Both the position numbers and the translations under genes were made by a program. The notes under the pieces were generated by a model. The model ran no database searches and had not been told where the DNA came from. It saw nothing but the letters and a program-made list of their open reading frames with translations. A stretch of 41,561 nt of DNA from a bacterium (GTDB lineage Bacteria > Patescibacteriota > Minisyncoccia > Minisyncoccales > PWPS01): NCBI GenBank assembly GCA_018400895.1, contig JAGYLR010000001.1:1-41561 (forward strand), given 5' to 3'. This document shows, piece after piece, positions 31,061 through 38,091 of this stretch. How positions within the stretch are numbered: the first letter of the stretch is position 1; each line of letters begins with the position of its first letter.

Positions 31061-31320
31061 CTACCTTTATATGGTTAACAACTTAGCTAATCCGCTTATT
31101 CGTCTTAGATAACTCAGCGGAAGTCTTAGGTCAAACTATGCTGTCCGCAATAATTGACCACCAATCATCGCCGCGGAAGGGCAACAGTGCCCAAAGACCA
31201 AGACAAATCAGGGCCAATTTTTAAAATACTATGCCATATCCGAAGGCAAAGGTTTTTCGAGACGCCTATGCACCGCCCTACTAGCCTTGCCACAACGGTC
31301 AGCATTTTATTTCATTACTA
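31061..31320 (-). other. GC-rich island of unknown function (candidate structured RNA or short GC-rich ORF) downstream of the transglycosylase gene
   Basis: Hand count over 31141-31300 gives 80/160 G+C (50%) in a far more AT-rich genome. Local hairpins include GGGCA-CTGT-TGCCC (minus strand, ~31178-31191) and CCGCT...AGCGG (~31092-31120). There is a 47-codon minus-strand ORF (MLTVVARLVGRCIGVSKNLCLRIWHSILKIGPDLSWSLGTVALPRR). No T-loop or tRNA signature. Confidence 0.3.
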
Positions 31321-31323
31321 CTT

Positions 31324-31813
31324 CTATTGAACACCTTTAACGTATTTATCACATACCCATCTATGTTGGAAGTCCAGCTTCTATCATTTTAATAGTTTGT
31401 CTAGTTGAACAATCGACGGAGAAACACACTCATCTGAAACTTGGCTCTGCCAAAAGAATTGTATTGAACAATCCACGATCTCGACTATCTGCTGGGTTAT
31501 TTCCTTTATCGTTAACTGCTAATGGGTCATGTCTGGATTCACAATAGCTCAACTTTACTAAATAATCTGCGTATTGCCCTGCCCCTTCCTCCTTAGCAAT
31601 CTGTCTGATCTGTTCTATCACACTTAACTCTCTATCTCTGGCTTGTGGTAGTCCCCACTGTCTAGCTTCAGGGGCATTAGCTTGTACACCGATAATAAAG
31701 TTTAACCAAGCAACTACTGCTATAAAGATAAATATTCTCTTAGCACTCTTTAAAGCTCTTTTAGTTCTGTGGTAGCTCTTGAGGCTTTTAGATATTTTTT
31801 GATTTTTAGTCAT
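31324..31813 (-). CDS. Membrane-anchored lytic transglycosylase (lysozyme-like, IagB/VirB1-type), 3' end frame-disrupted
   Basis: ORF track 31430..31813 has the N-terminal TM RIFIFIAVVAWLNFIIGV and the catalytic region LSYCESRHDPLAVNDKGNNPADSRDRGLF. The expected continuation (Q.NSFW..VSDEC..., KMIEAG, HRWVCDKYVKGVQ*) is recoverable only with three +/-1 shifts between ~31470 and 31324. Confidence 0.7.
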
Positions 31814-32040
31814 ATATCATTATATTTTATTTTCTCATCAATGTTCTCTCTAGCCTCAGCTTTACCCTCTAAGTATCTCTCTAAGCCTTCATAATCTTCG
31901 CTATGTTTAGCTAAATTTTCCCAGAAATAAGCTTCCTCTCCCACCATTTTCTCTTCGCATTCAAGACACCAACCAAGATCATTAATAGTTTCTACCTCGA
32001 TAATATCATTATAATGTTTTTTGCATTGTGGACATTGCAT
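31810..32040 (-). CDS. Small zinc-ribbon protein (76 aa)
   Basis: Intact ORF with CPQC...CLEC cysteine pairs. It overlaps the next gene by 4 nt. Confidence 0.55.
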   Translation of the reverse strand: MQCPQCKKHYNDIIEVETINDLGWCLECEEKMVGEEAYFWENLAKHSEDYEGLERYLEGKAEARENIDEKIKYNDI

Positions 32041-32041
32041 A

Positions 32042-32815
32042 TTAAATTTCTATATAATTATCCCAATCAACATCAGGTTTCTTAAAGTTTTTCTCTGATA
32101 TTATTTTTGGAATAATATTATTGAATAAATCTTCCCTAACATTAGCTATAACATACGGATCCATGACATATAACTGCACTCTGTAAGGCTCAACATTCTC
32201 TACCGCTATAATATAATAGTCAAAATCCTGAACCTTTTTATACTTTAATCCGATTAAGTATGAATACATAGCCATTTGTCTATAATATCCGTACTCCTCA
32301 GCGTGTCTAGTGAACCTCTCGCCTATTACATTCGTAGTTTTTAGATCCACAATTGCCGCCGCATTGCCATTTATTTGGAAGAAATCAGGAATACCCGCTA
32401 GTCCTAACCACCTGCCCATTTTTATATCTGCTTGAAATATCTTGTTCTTCTGGTAGTTTAATTTTATATCCTGCATAACAGTGGTCTCCATTAAATTCTC
32501 TGACATAGCCACTATTTTATCATATAAAGCAGGGCTTAGGATTTTTTTAACAGATATTTTTTGCCTTTCAAACTTATCAGGGTCATCTTTTTTTAAAACT
32601 GCTTTCTCATACTTTCTTAAAAACACACTCTTACCATGAACTATCCAAGTATCAACAGCCTTACCAACTATTAAACTATTAGTTTCCAACTCCGGCATAT
32701 CACCGTCTATATATCTTTTTTTAAAGATAGGCTTATCGTGCAGGAAACAACTTATCTTAGAATTAGTTAGGTATTTGTTCTTATTAGTATAATAATTAGC
32801 AAATGTTAGTTTCAT
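32042..32815 (-). CDS. PD-(D/E)XK-family nuclease (Cas4/RecB-like phage exonuclease)
   Basis: Intact 257-aa ORF with GIPDFF...AAIVDLKTT (D...D/ExK core) and EEYGYYRQMAMY (the QxxxY motif typical of this family). Confidence 0.65.
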   Translation of the reverse strand: MKLTFANYYTNKNKYLTNSKISCFLHDKPIFKKRYIDGDMPELETNSLIVGKAVDTWIVHGKSVFLRKYEKAVLKKDDPDKFERQKISVKKILSPALYDKIVAMSENLMETTVMQDIKLNYQKNKIFQADIKMGRWLGLAGIPDFFQINGNAAAIVDLKTTNVIGERFTRHAEEYGYYRQMAMYSYLIGLKYKKVQDFDYYIIAVENVEPYRVQLYVMDPYVIANVREDLFNNIIPKIISEKNFKKPDVDWDNYIEI

Positions 32816-32857
32816 GTTTTTACATAGGGCAGGGGATAACCTGCCCTATATGTTAAT

Positions 32858-33247
32858 TTATAATTCAATACCTTCAGCATCAATTTCCCCATCGTCCATA
32901 TCATTGGTATGATCTGGGTCCATTCCAAAGCTATATACTTTATAATACTTTGGCTTAGCGAAACCCTTCTGTGAGGCTTCACCTTCTTTATCAAAGACAA
33001 CTGCGATAATTTCACCAATAGCACAGTTATTAAGTCTTTGAACAGTTCCTTTCTTATTTACACTAACAGGAACGTTCCAAACTTCACCATCCTTAGTGCG
33101 AAGTTCATATACCCATTGATCAGGAAAGTTGTCCTCACCTTTGTTATAACTTTTATTTGTTAAGGTGCCTTTAATGCCATCGCCAACTTTTTCGAACTTG
33201 AGCCAATTGGCTTGAACTTCTTTAGCACCGTCTAGATTTAAATCCAT
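32858..33247 (-). CDS. Hypothetical protein with acidic C-terminal tail (possible ssDNA-binding role)
   Basis: Intact 129-aa ORF in the replication/recombination module. The C-terminus DPDHTNDMDDGEIDAEGIEL resembles SSB-type acidic tails. The function is inference only. Confidence 0.5.
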   Translation of the reverse strand: MDLNLDGAKEVQANWLKFEKVGDGIKGTLTNKSYNKGEDNFPDQWVYELRTKDGEVWNVPVSVNKKGTVQRLNNCAIGEIIAVVFDKEGEASQKGFAKPKYYKVYSFGMDPDHTNDMDDGEIDAEGIEL

Positions 33248-33248
33248 A

Positions 33249-33458
33249 TTATTTTTTGTTAATTATGTGAGTGTCAGATACTAAATTGACACCCAGCGTG
33301 TTAAATATTGTTAATAATGTATCGACCTTTATTTTTCTAAGACCATCTGGGGTCTTAGACATAATGCTTGATAAACTCTGGATAGAGATACCAGTCAACT
33401 GTCTCATGCGAGCCATCTTCATTCCAGTTTCATTTTTGAAATGTCTTAATTCATTCAT
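33249..33458 (-). CDS. XRE/Cro-type helix-turn-helix regulator (69 aa)
   Basis: Intact ORF. MARMRQLTGISIQSLSSIMSK fits the HTH_3 pattern. A consensus promoter lies directly upstream. Confidence 0.65.
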   Translation of the reverse strand: MNELRHFKNETGMKMARMRQLTGISIQSLSSIMSKTPDGLRKIKVDTLLTIFNTLGVNLVSDTHIINKK

Positions 33459-33480
33459 ATATTTATTTGTTAATATTTAT

Positions 33481-33508
33481 ATTATAGCACAATTTATAAT
33501 GTTGTCAA
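33481..33508 (-). promoter_or_regulatory. Sigma70-type promoter (TTGACA-N16-TGcTATAAT) for the 33458 operon
   Basis: Minus strand reads cTTGACAacattataaattgTGcTATAATataaatattaacaaataaatatATG. The -35 is at 33503-33508 and the -10 at 33481-33486, with an extended -10 TG. Confidence 0.6.
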
Positions 33509-33514
33509 GATAAG

Positions 33515-33994
33515 TTATCCACAGGCTTTTAATTTCTTGATAGCGTCTACTACCCTGCAATCATCTAACTCCATAACCAAGTCTATATTTGAGCCACCCT
33601 TGCCTGATCCAAAGTCATAAAAAGAATTAGTGCTCTCATAATATTTACAACTAGGGGTATTTTCCTCTCTTCTTAGTTTAAAGAACCCTCTATTCATTTT
33701 AATCCCATACATATCTAATATCTTAGGGATAGGTATTTTCTTTATCTCGGCTAAATCTATCTTGCTAGCCCTATGATAATTTCTCACACTAAACTCCAAC
33801 GCTTGAATTTCATTATTTAATCTCTTTATATTATCAAGGCACAACCACTTACCCTCTTTATTATCTTTGTAATAAAGCTCAAACCATCGTGCTTTCTGCT
33901 TTTGTCTAGCTGACACTTCCCTTCTCACATAACGCCTTCTGATAGCAACAGCATCCTTTAATTCCAAACCAAAATCTTTGTAATTAAACATCAA
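33515..33994 (-). CDS. Primase zinc-finger-like (CHC2-like) domain protein
   Basis: Intact 159-aa ORF overlapping the primase-helicase stop. The C-terminal part FFKLRREENTPSCKYYESTNSFYDFGSGKGGSNIDLVMEL matches the f.lR.E.TPS......f.DFG.g.gGd.Idlv pattern of DnaG-type zinc-binding domains (from memory). Confidence 0.5.
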   Translation of the reverse strand: MMFNYKDFGLELKDAVAIRRRYVRREVSARQKQKARWFELYYKDNKEGKWLCLDNIKRLNNEIQALEFSVRNYHRASKIDLAEIKKIPIPKILDMYGIKMNRGFFKLRREENTPSCKYYESTNSFYDFGSGKGGSNIDLVMELDDCRVVDAIKKLKACG

Positions 33995-35343
33995 AACTCA
34001 ACCTCCTTCCCATCTATTAGATAAGTATCATCATCAGTTTTAGGTTCAAATGACATAACGTTAAATGTCCTAGTGCTTTTACCATCTACTCTTTTAACCT
34101 TCACCTCAAGACCATTTACACCACTAATTAAGTCCTTAGAAAAGTTAGGTCTGCTCATAGGCTTCTTACCATTCTGGTCGCACCACTCTCGATATTTAAC
34201 ATATAACTCCTGAGAAGGATAAGCCCCATCATCATCAACCAAATATCCCTCATCAAAAAACATCAAAGCACTAGATATTTCTGATAAAAACTCATTCATA
34301 CTCTCATCCATCGCTTTGGAATTAGAGAATTGATAGTTATTTTCCATTAATTTATGTGCCTGATTTAAAGCCAAGCCAACAATACCAGGTATTTCTTTCT
34401 TTAACTTATCTATTAAGTTATAATCCTTATTTTGGTCGTTGGTAAAGCTCTTATAAAATGGGATAATCATCATTCTCCGCTTGAGTCCACCATCAATACC
34501 CTCAAAAGTAGGCATTCTATTAGTAGAAAACACCAGCTTAGTCTTAGGCACAAAATCAAAACCATCACCATATAATCGCCTAGTAAATATAGGGTCACCA
34601 GTCACAATAGCTTTAAATATCCTGGACTTACCAAACTTCTCATCTAACTCATCACTAACATTAACCTTCTTACCTATCAGCTTATGCTTAGTAAAGTCCT
34701 TAGATAAGTCCTCCAATGACAAGGCACTACAAAGATCAGCCCCCATCATCATTCTAATTACCTGTGATAATACCCCTTTACCATTATCACCTTGCTTACC
34801 ATATAAGAAAAACGCCTTACCAGCCTTTACATTAGGGATAAACAACATCCCCAGCATTTCTTTCACCACATTAACTAATTCATCATCAGTCTTATTAGTG
34901 TCTGTCTTATATGTCAGAGATGTTCTTAAAAAATTATCAAATATCGGTGTTTCTATTTTAGTTTCATCATAATTATACGGTACATAATGAATAGAATATT
35001 TATCCTTAGAAAATGGTTCAGCCTCACCAGTGGTAATATTAAATATCTTATCTTTAAAAGCAACTAAGTTATCATCCTCACTATCAATCTCTCTGGGAGT
35101 TTCCACTTCAACCCACTTTATAACATCCTTTACACTATTCATTGACCAATTTTTATTAGGGAACTTAGCTCTAATGAACTGTGTTACTAGCTTAGTAAAT
35201 TCCCTTTTAGTATTTAAAATATTATAATGCCCATTGTTATAGATCATAAAGCAATCATAACCTGTATGATATACTAAATCCTCTCTATATTTATCATCGC
35301 TATAAAACTCAAAAGCGACATCTTGTATATTAGCTCCTGGCAT
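33991..35343 (-). CDS. P4/D5-family primase-helicase (SF3 NTPase)
   Basis: Intact 450-aa ORF with Walker A-like FFLYGKQGDNGKGVLSQVI, Walker B-like KKVNVSDELDE and FSTNRMP...GGLKRRMMIIPF, typical of phage/plasmid primase P4-family C-terminal domains. Confidence 0.7.
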   Translation of the reverse strand: MPGANIQDVAFEFYSDDKYREDLVYHTGYDCFMIYNNGHYNILNTKREFTKLVTQFIRAKFPNKNWSMNSVKDVIKWVEVETPREIDSEDDNLVAFKDKIFNITTGEAEPFSKDKYSIHYVPYNYDETKIETPIFDNFLRTSLTYKTDTNKTDDELVNVVKEMLGMLFIPNVKAGKAFFLYGKQGDNGKGVLSQVIRMMMGADLCSALSLEDLSKDFTKHKLIGKKVNVSDELDEKFGKSRIFKAIVTGDPIFTRRLYGDGFDFVPKTKLVFSTNRMPTFEGIDGGLKRRMMIIPFYKSFTNDQNKDYNLIDKLKKEIPGIVGLALNQAHKLMENNYQFSNSKAMDESMNEFLSEISSALMFFDEGYLVDDDGAYPSQELYVKYREWCDQNGKKPMSRPNFSKDLISGVNGLEVKVKRVDGKSTRTFNVMSFEPKTDDDTYLIDGKEVEF

Positions 35344-35635
35344 AAAAGGCAGTTAAGTATAAATTATATCCCCAGTCTAATTTTTCGACTAAGGTAGCTT
35401 GATTAAAAGTCGAATAAGCAGAAAATATATCCTGTGTACAAACGATCTCCAAAGAAACATCGTTTATAATCTTAGGTACTCTCATCTCTATTCTCATTGT
35501 CCCATCAAAGTCCACTAATTCAAGTAAATAAAAACCCAGCTCATTGCTCTTGCTCTGGGTAAACATAACCGCCTGATTCGCTGATATCAATTCCAACTCT
35601 CCGAAGTAGTCTTTGACACATTTTTCTATTTCCAT
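35330..35635 (-). CDS. Hypothetical protein (101 aa)
   Basis: Intact ORF. Its stop overlaps the primase-helicase start by 14 nt. Confidence 0.5.
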   Translation of the reverse strand: MEIEKCVKDYFGELELISANQAVMFTQSKSNELGFYLLELVDFDGTMRIEMRVPKIINDVSLEIVCTQDIFSAYSTFNQATLVEKLDWGYNLYLTAFYARS

Positions 35636-35819
35636 GTGTTTTATAATAATAAGCTTTTATAATTAGATTGGAGTTTGTTTCACTCCCAATAGCTCTAAGA
35701 TATATGCTCACAAGACTAGGTTGGAATTCTTCTTTCAATAAAAACTCCACAAAATTAAATAAACCTTCTTCATTTATTTTGTCCTGTTTAAGCATGGTAT
35801 TACAGGTTAATAATAACAC
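35541..35819 (-). CDS. Hypothetical protein (92 aa); last ~31 codons overlap the next ORF out of frame
   Basis: ORF from the track. The 95-nt overlap with 35330..35635 suggests either a real overlap or a missed stop/indel near 35640. Confidence 0.4.
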   Translation of the reverse strand: MLLLTCNTMLKQDKINEEGLFNFVEFLLKEEFQPSLVSIYLRAIGSETNSNLIIKAYYYKTHGNRKMCQRLLRRVGIDISESGGYVYPEQEQ

Positions 35820-35841
35820 ACCCTCTAGGGGTGTGCTACTA

Positions 35842-36051
35842 TCACTCTATAATAAACAGATCCTCCATTGGCACTTCCAAGACCTGGGCTAAGCAGTATG
35901 CATTTTGCACTGACACAAACATCTCTTTTTTATTTGCTATCTGATATATGCGTCCACCTTTTAGCAGTTTGGTCTGAGCACCGAGAGAATAAAGAGTTAC
36001 CCCCTTCTCATTAGCTAGTTCTTTAATTTTATTACCCACTATTTTTTTCAT
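35842..36051 (-). CDS. XRE/Cro-type helix-turn-helix regulator (69 aa)
   Basis: Intact ORF. IKELANEKGVTLYSLGAQTKL fits the HTH_3 pattern. A consensus promoter lies directly upstream. Confidence 0.65.
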   Translation of the reverse strand: MKKIVGNKIKELANEKGVTLYSLGAQTKLLKGGRIYQIANKKEMFVSVQNAYCLAQVLEVPMEDLFIIE

Positions 36052-36082
36052 AAGTTTAAATTATTTTACTAGGTGCTTTTAT

Positions 36083-36110
36083 ATTATAGCACAATGAATA
36101 TATTAGTCAA
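36083..36110 (-). promoter_or_regulatory. Sigma70-type promoter (TTGACT-N16-TGcTATAAT) for the 36051 operon
   Basis: Minus strand reads aTTGACTaatatattcattgTGcTATAATataaaagcacc...ATG. The -35 is at 36105-36110 and the -10 at 36083-36088. It shares an identical 18-nt core (attgtgctataatataaa) with the 33481 promoter. Confidence 0.6.
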
Positions 36111-36117
36111 TAGTATT

Positions 36118-36136
36118 GTTATTGGCTAATATTAGC
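36118..36136. promoter_or_regulatory. Operator-like 19-mer containing the perfect palindrome GCTAATATTAGC; second copy at 39483..39501
   Basis: GTTATTGGCTAATATTAGC (36118-36136) versus GTTATTGGCTAACATTAGC (39483-39501). Each lies next to a -35-like hexamer (TTGACT on the minus strand at 36105-36110; TTGACA at 39507-39512). Confidence 0.45.
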
Positions 36137-36139
36137 GAT

Positions 36140-36209
36140 CCGCCTCTCCTGAATTCTCCAGAAAAATATTTTCCGTCCGCCTCTCCTTTGTTCTCCAGAA
36201 AAATTTTTT
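36140..36209. repeat. Two tandem ~33-nt direct repeats (period 37 nt)
   Basis: CCGCCTCTCCTGAATTCTCCAGAAAAATATTTT (36140-36172) and CCGCCTCTCCTTTGTTCTCCAGAAAAATTTTTT (36177-36209). Confidence 0.7.
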
Positions 36210-36231
36210 CTTTGCTATTAAATAGATATAA

Positions 36232-36270
36232 AAAAAAACAATTCTATGGCGGTAATAAAATTGTTTTTTT
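36232..36270. terminator. AT-rich 12-bp hairpin (bidirectional terminator-like)
   Basis: AAAAAAACAATT (36232-36243) pairs with AATTGTTTTTTT (36259-36270), with a 15-nt loop. The A/T runs could serve as a U-tract on either strand. The stem has no GC core, so confidence is low. Confidence 0.3.
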
Positions 36271-36290
36271 GTAGTTTTTAGCGGTATAAT

Positions 36291-36340
36291 TAAATAAATA
36301 TTAAATAAATATTAAATAAATATTAAATAAATATTAATTA
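36291..36340. repeat. 11-nt tandem repeat TAAATAAATAT x4 (+ partial)
   Basis: Exact copies at 36291, 36302, 36313 and 36324. The helical-period A-tracts imply intrinsically bent DNA. It is flanked by three (A/G)GCGGTA(T/A) motifs (36249, 36280, 36342). Confidence 0.75.
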
Positions 36341-36370
36341 TAGCGGTATTAAGTAGAAAAAAAGCTATTT

Positions 36371-36925
36371 TTAACTATCAATTTTTAATGTTTCTTCATT
36401 AAATAAATACTCATTAATTATTAATGTATCAATTATTGCTTCCTTGCTAGTCAATCCCTCATAATTATCATATAAATCATCATAAATCTTTCTAGCTTGC
36501 TCCCTTGCCTCTTCTAAAATAAACTTTTCAAGCTCAGCGGTTATCAATCCCTTCCAATCATCAAAATGTATAATCATCATATACTCATGGCAATAGTGAC
36601 CGTTATTAGTTATACTTATAGATAAGTCAGCCTCTTCATCATTTAAGATTGATTGATATTTTTTAGCTATCCTTCTGCCTTTTAAAAACTTTTCTAGATT
36701 GACTTGGCAATTAAAGCTGGCTCCATCTCCTTGGCTCCAAAAGCCAGTAAAATTAATCTCAGCATCTTCAAAACCTTGTCTGCTTAGTTTTTCCTTCCAA
36801 TCTTCCAAAATGTAATTATGCCAATCATAATTAGTATTTATATCAGCATAATTTTCAATCACCTTTTCTTTTTGCTCCTCATTTAGTTCATTAAAAGAAT
36901 ATAAATTGATTGTTTTTTTCTTCAT
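36371..36925 (-). CDS. Conserved-looking hypothetical protein (184 aa), first gene of the minus-strand early block
   Basis: Intact ORF. NLYSFNELNEEQKEKVIENY...INFTGFWSQGDGASFNC looks like a family seen on phages and plasmids, but I cannot name it. It does not match ArdA. Confidence 0.55.
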   Translation of the reverse strand: MKKKTINLYSFNELNEEQKEKVIENYADINTNYDWHNYILEDWKEKLSRQGFEDAEINFTGFWSQGDGASFNCQVNLEKFLKGRRIAKKYQSILNDEEADLSISITNNGHYCHEYMMIIHFDDWKGLITAELEKFILEEAREQARKIYDDLYDNYEGLTSKEAIIDTLIINEYLFNEETLKIDS

Positions 36926-36947
36926 ATAATTTAATTGTTAAAGTGCT

Positions 36948-36971
36948 ATAGCAATTAATATTAATTGCTAT
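36948..36971. promoter_or_regulatory. 24-bp perfect palindrome ATAGCAATTAAT|ATTAATTGCTAT upstream of gene 36371..36925
   Basis: Verified base by base. It lies 23-46 nt upstream of the ATG at 36925. Related AGCAAT/ATTGCT half-sites recur at 38786-38840, including an 11-bp inverted repeat ATAAGCAATAT-ag-ATATTGCTTAT (38816-38839). Confidence 0.5.
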
Positions 36972-37098
36972 GGCATCCCGCCAGTTAATAAGGTGCTAGC
37001 TATCAGCCTATAGACTTAAAAGCTCAGCACGGGGCTTGTATAGCCTTGTTTTTGCCTATAATTAAACGGTTAAGTCAATTATAGACAAGGGCAAGGGA

Positions 37099-37230
37099 TT
37101 AAGCGGTTTTTAGTTCCCTTAGCACATCCTCTTTTTTGCAAAATTTACAAGGTAAATAATTAAGAGAAAAATTTTTCTCTTCTGTTGTCTGTTTTCTCCC
37201 GCAATGCTCACAAATTGTTTTAACTTTCAT
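37099..37230 (-). CDS. Small zinc-ribbon protein (43 aa)
   Basis: Intact ORF MKVKTICEHCGRKQTTEEKNFSLNYLPCKFCKKEDVLRELKTA with two CxxC pairs. Confidence 0.45.
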   Translation of the reverse strand: MKVKTICEHCGRKQTTEEKNFSLNYLPCKFCKKEDVLRELKTA

Positions 37231-38091
37231 ATTTTTATTATTTAATTTAAATTAGGTTATTAGGGCAATGCTCCTCAAATTCCGGGATGCCCGCCTCTTC
37301 TAATAATAGTACATCATCCCGCGGGATATAGTCTTTTAATTCCTGCAGTTGTAATATCTCGGCGGTGCTTATAGTTTCATTTTGTAATTCGCTCTCGGAG
37401 GTGATCAAATAATTGTTTTAAGTCAGGTGTTCATATAGTTGTTTTTAATTATTGTGATATTCTTTTAAGGCGTTTACAACCGTGAAAGTATCATAAAATA
37501 GCCTTCGCCATATTGAAAGTTTAATTAGTCCGCCGCCTTAAGTCTTGTTATACCATATTCACTTATTGTCCTCTATATGCATCAGATAAAATCGGGGCGT
37601 GTTTCCATAGATAAGCCAACTGTATATTTCATTTCGCCGCTCATATTCGTTTTTATTGTGTCCTCTATATAATCATAATCTAGTACTTGTTGATTCTACT
37701 ACATTAAAATCCTGATAATTATCAATTTTATCAAGTAAATCCTCTTGGCTAATATCACAACAATTGATCTCTTGACTTGATCCTGATTAGGTTCAGCCTT
37801 TGGAGCTTACTTTCTGCCTGCTGAAATATATTCCTCTGGCTGTGGTCAGTTGTATACCCACTAGACAATCATATAATATGTGTTTATTTTTCGCTTAGCA
37901 AGTTTGCTAAGTCTTTGTTTGTTTTTCATATTATTGTATGTATTAATTAATAAGATTGATAAGTAAAAGGTTATAAATAGAATGGCTAGCATTAAATTGT
38001 CTTCGTTTGACGTTCTATTTTTGCCTTTTTTGTTTGGCTAAATTGGTTGATCATATAATCAAAATGGTAAAGTATAGAGATTGTCAACGGC

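Noticed and set aside
31324-31470. Group I intron or split gene interrupting the transglycosylase, suggested by the truncated ORF followed by a GC-rich structured-looking region
   Set aside because: The missing C-terminal part of the lysozyme-like domain (..NSFW..VSDEC.., KMIEAG, HRWVCDKYVKGVQ*) lies immediately contiguous. It is recovered with three +/-1 shifts, so no intervening sequence is needed. The GC-rich island starts after the reconstructed stop.
34481-34972. Long antisense or overlapping ORFs (34481..34972+, 35030..35227+, 1076..1381-, 1870..2088-, 39807..40124-, 40145..40369-, 24830..25183+, 16571..16774-, 40819..41001+, 41034..41234+)
   Set aside because: They lie entirely inside stronger genes on the other strand or frame. 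They have low-complexity, Leu/Ser/Ile-rich compositions typical of shadow ORFs in AT-rich DNA, and lack start contexts like those of the real genes.
36291-36340. CRISPR-like array (also considered for the 11-nt spaced repeats at 39241-39269)
   Set aside because: The repeats are only 7-11 nt, directly abutting, with no unique spacers and no cas genes. They are tandem repeats or iterons.
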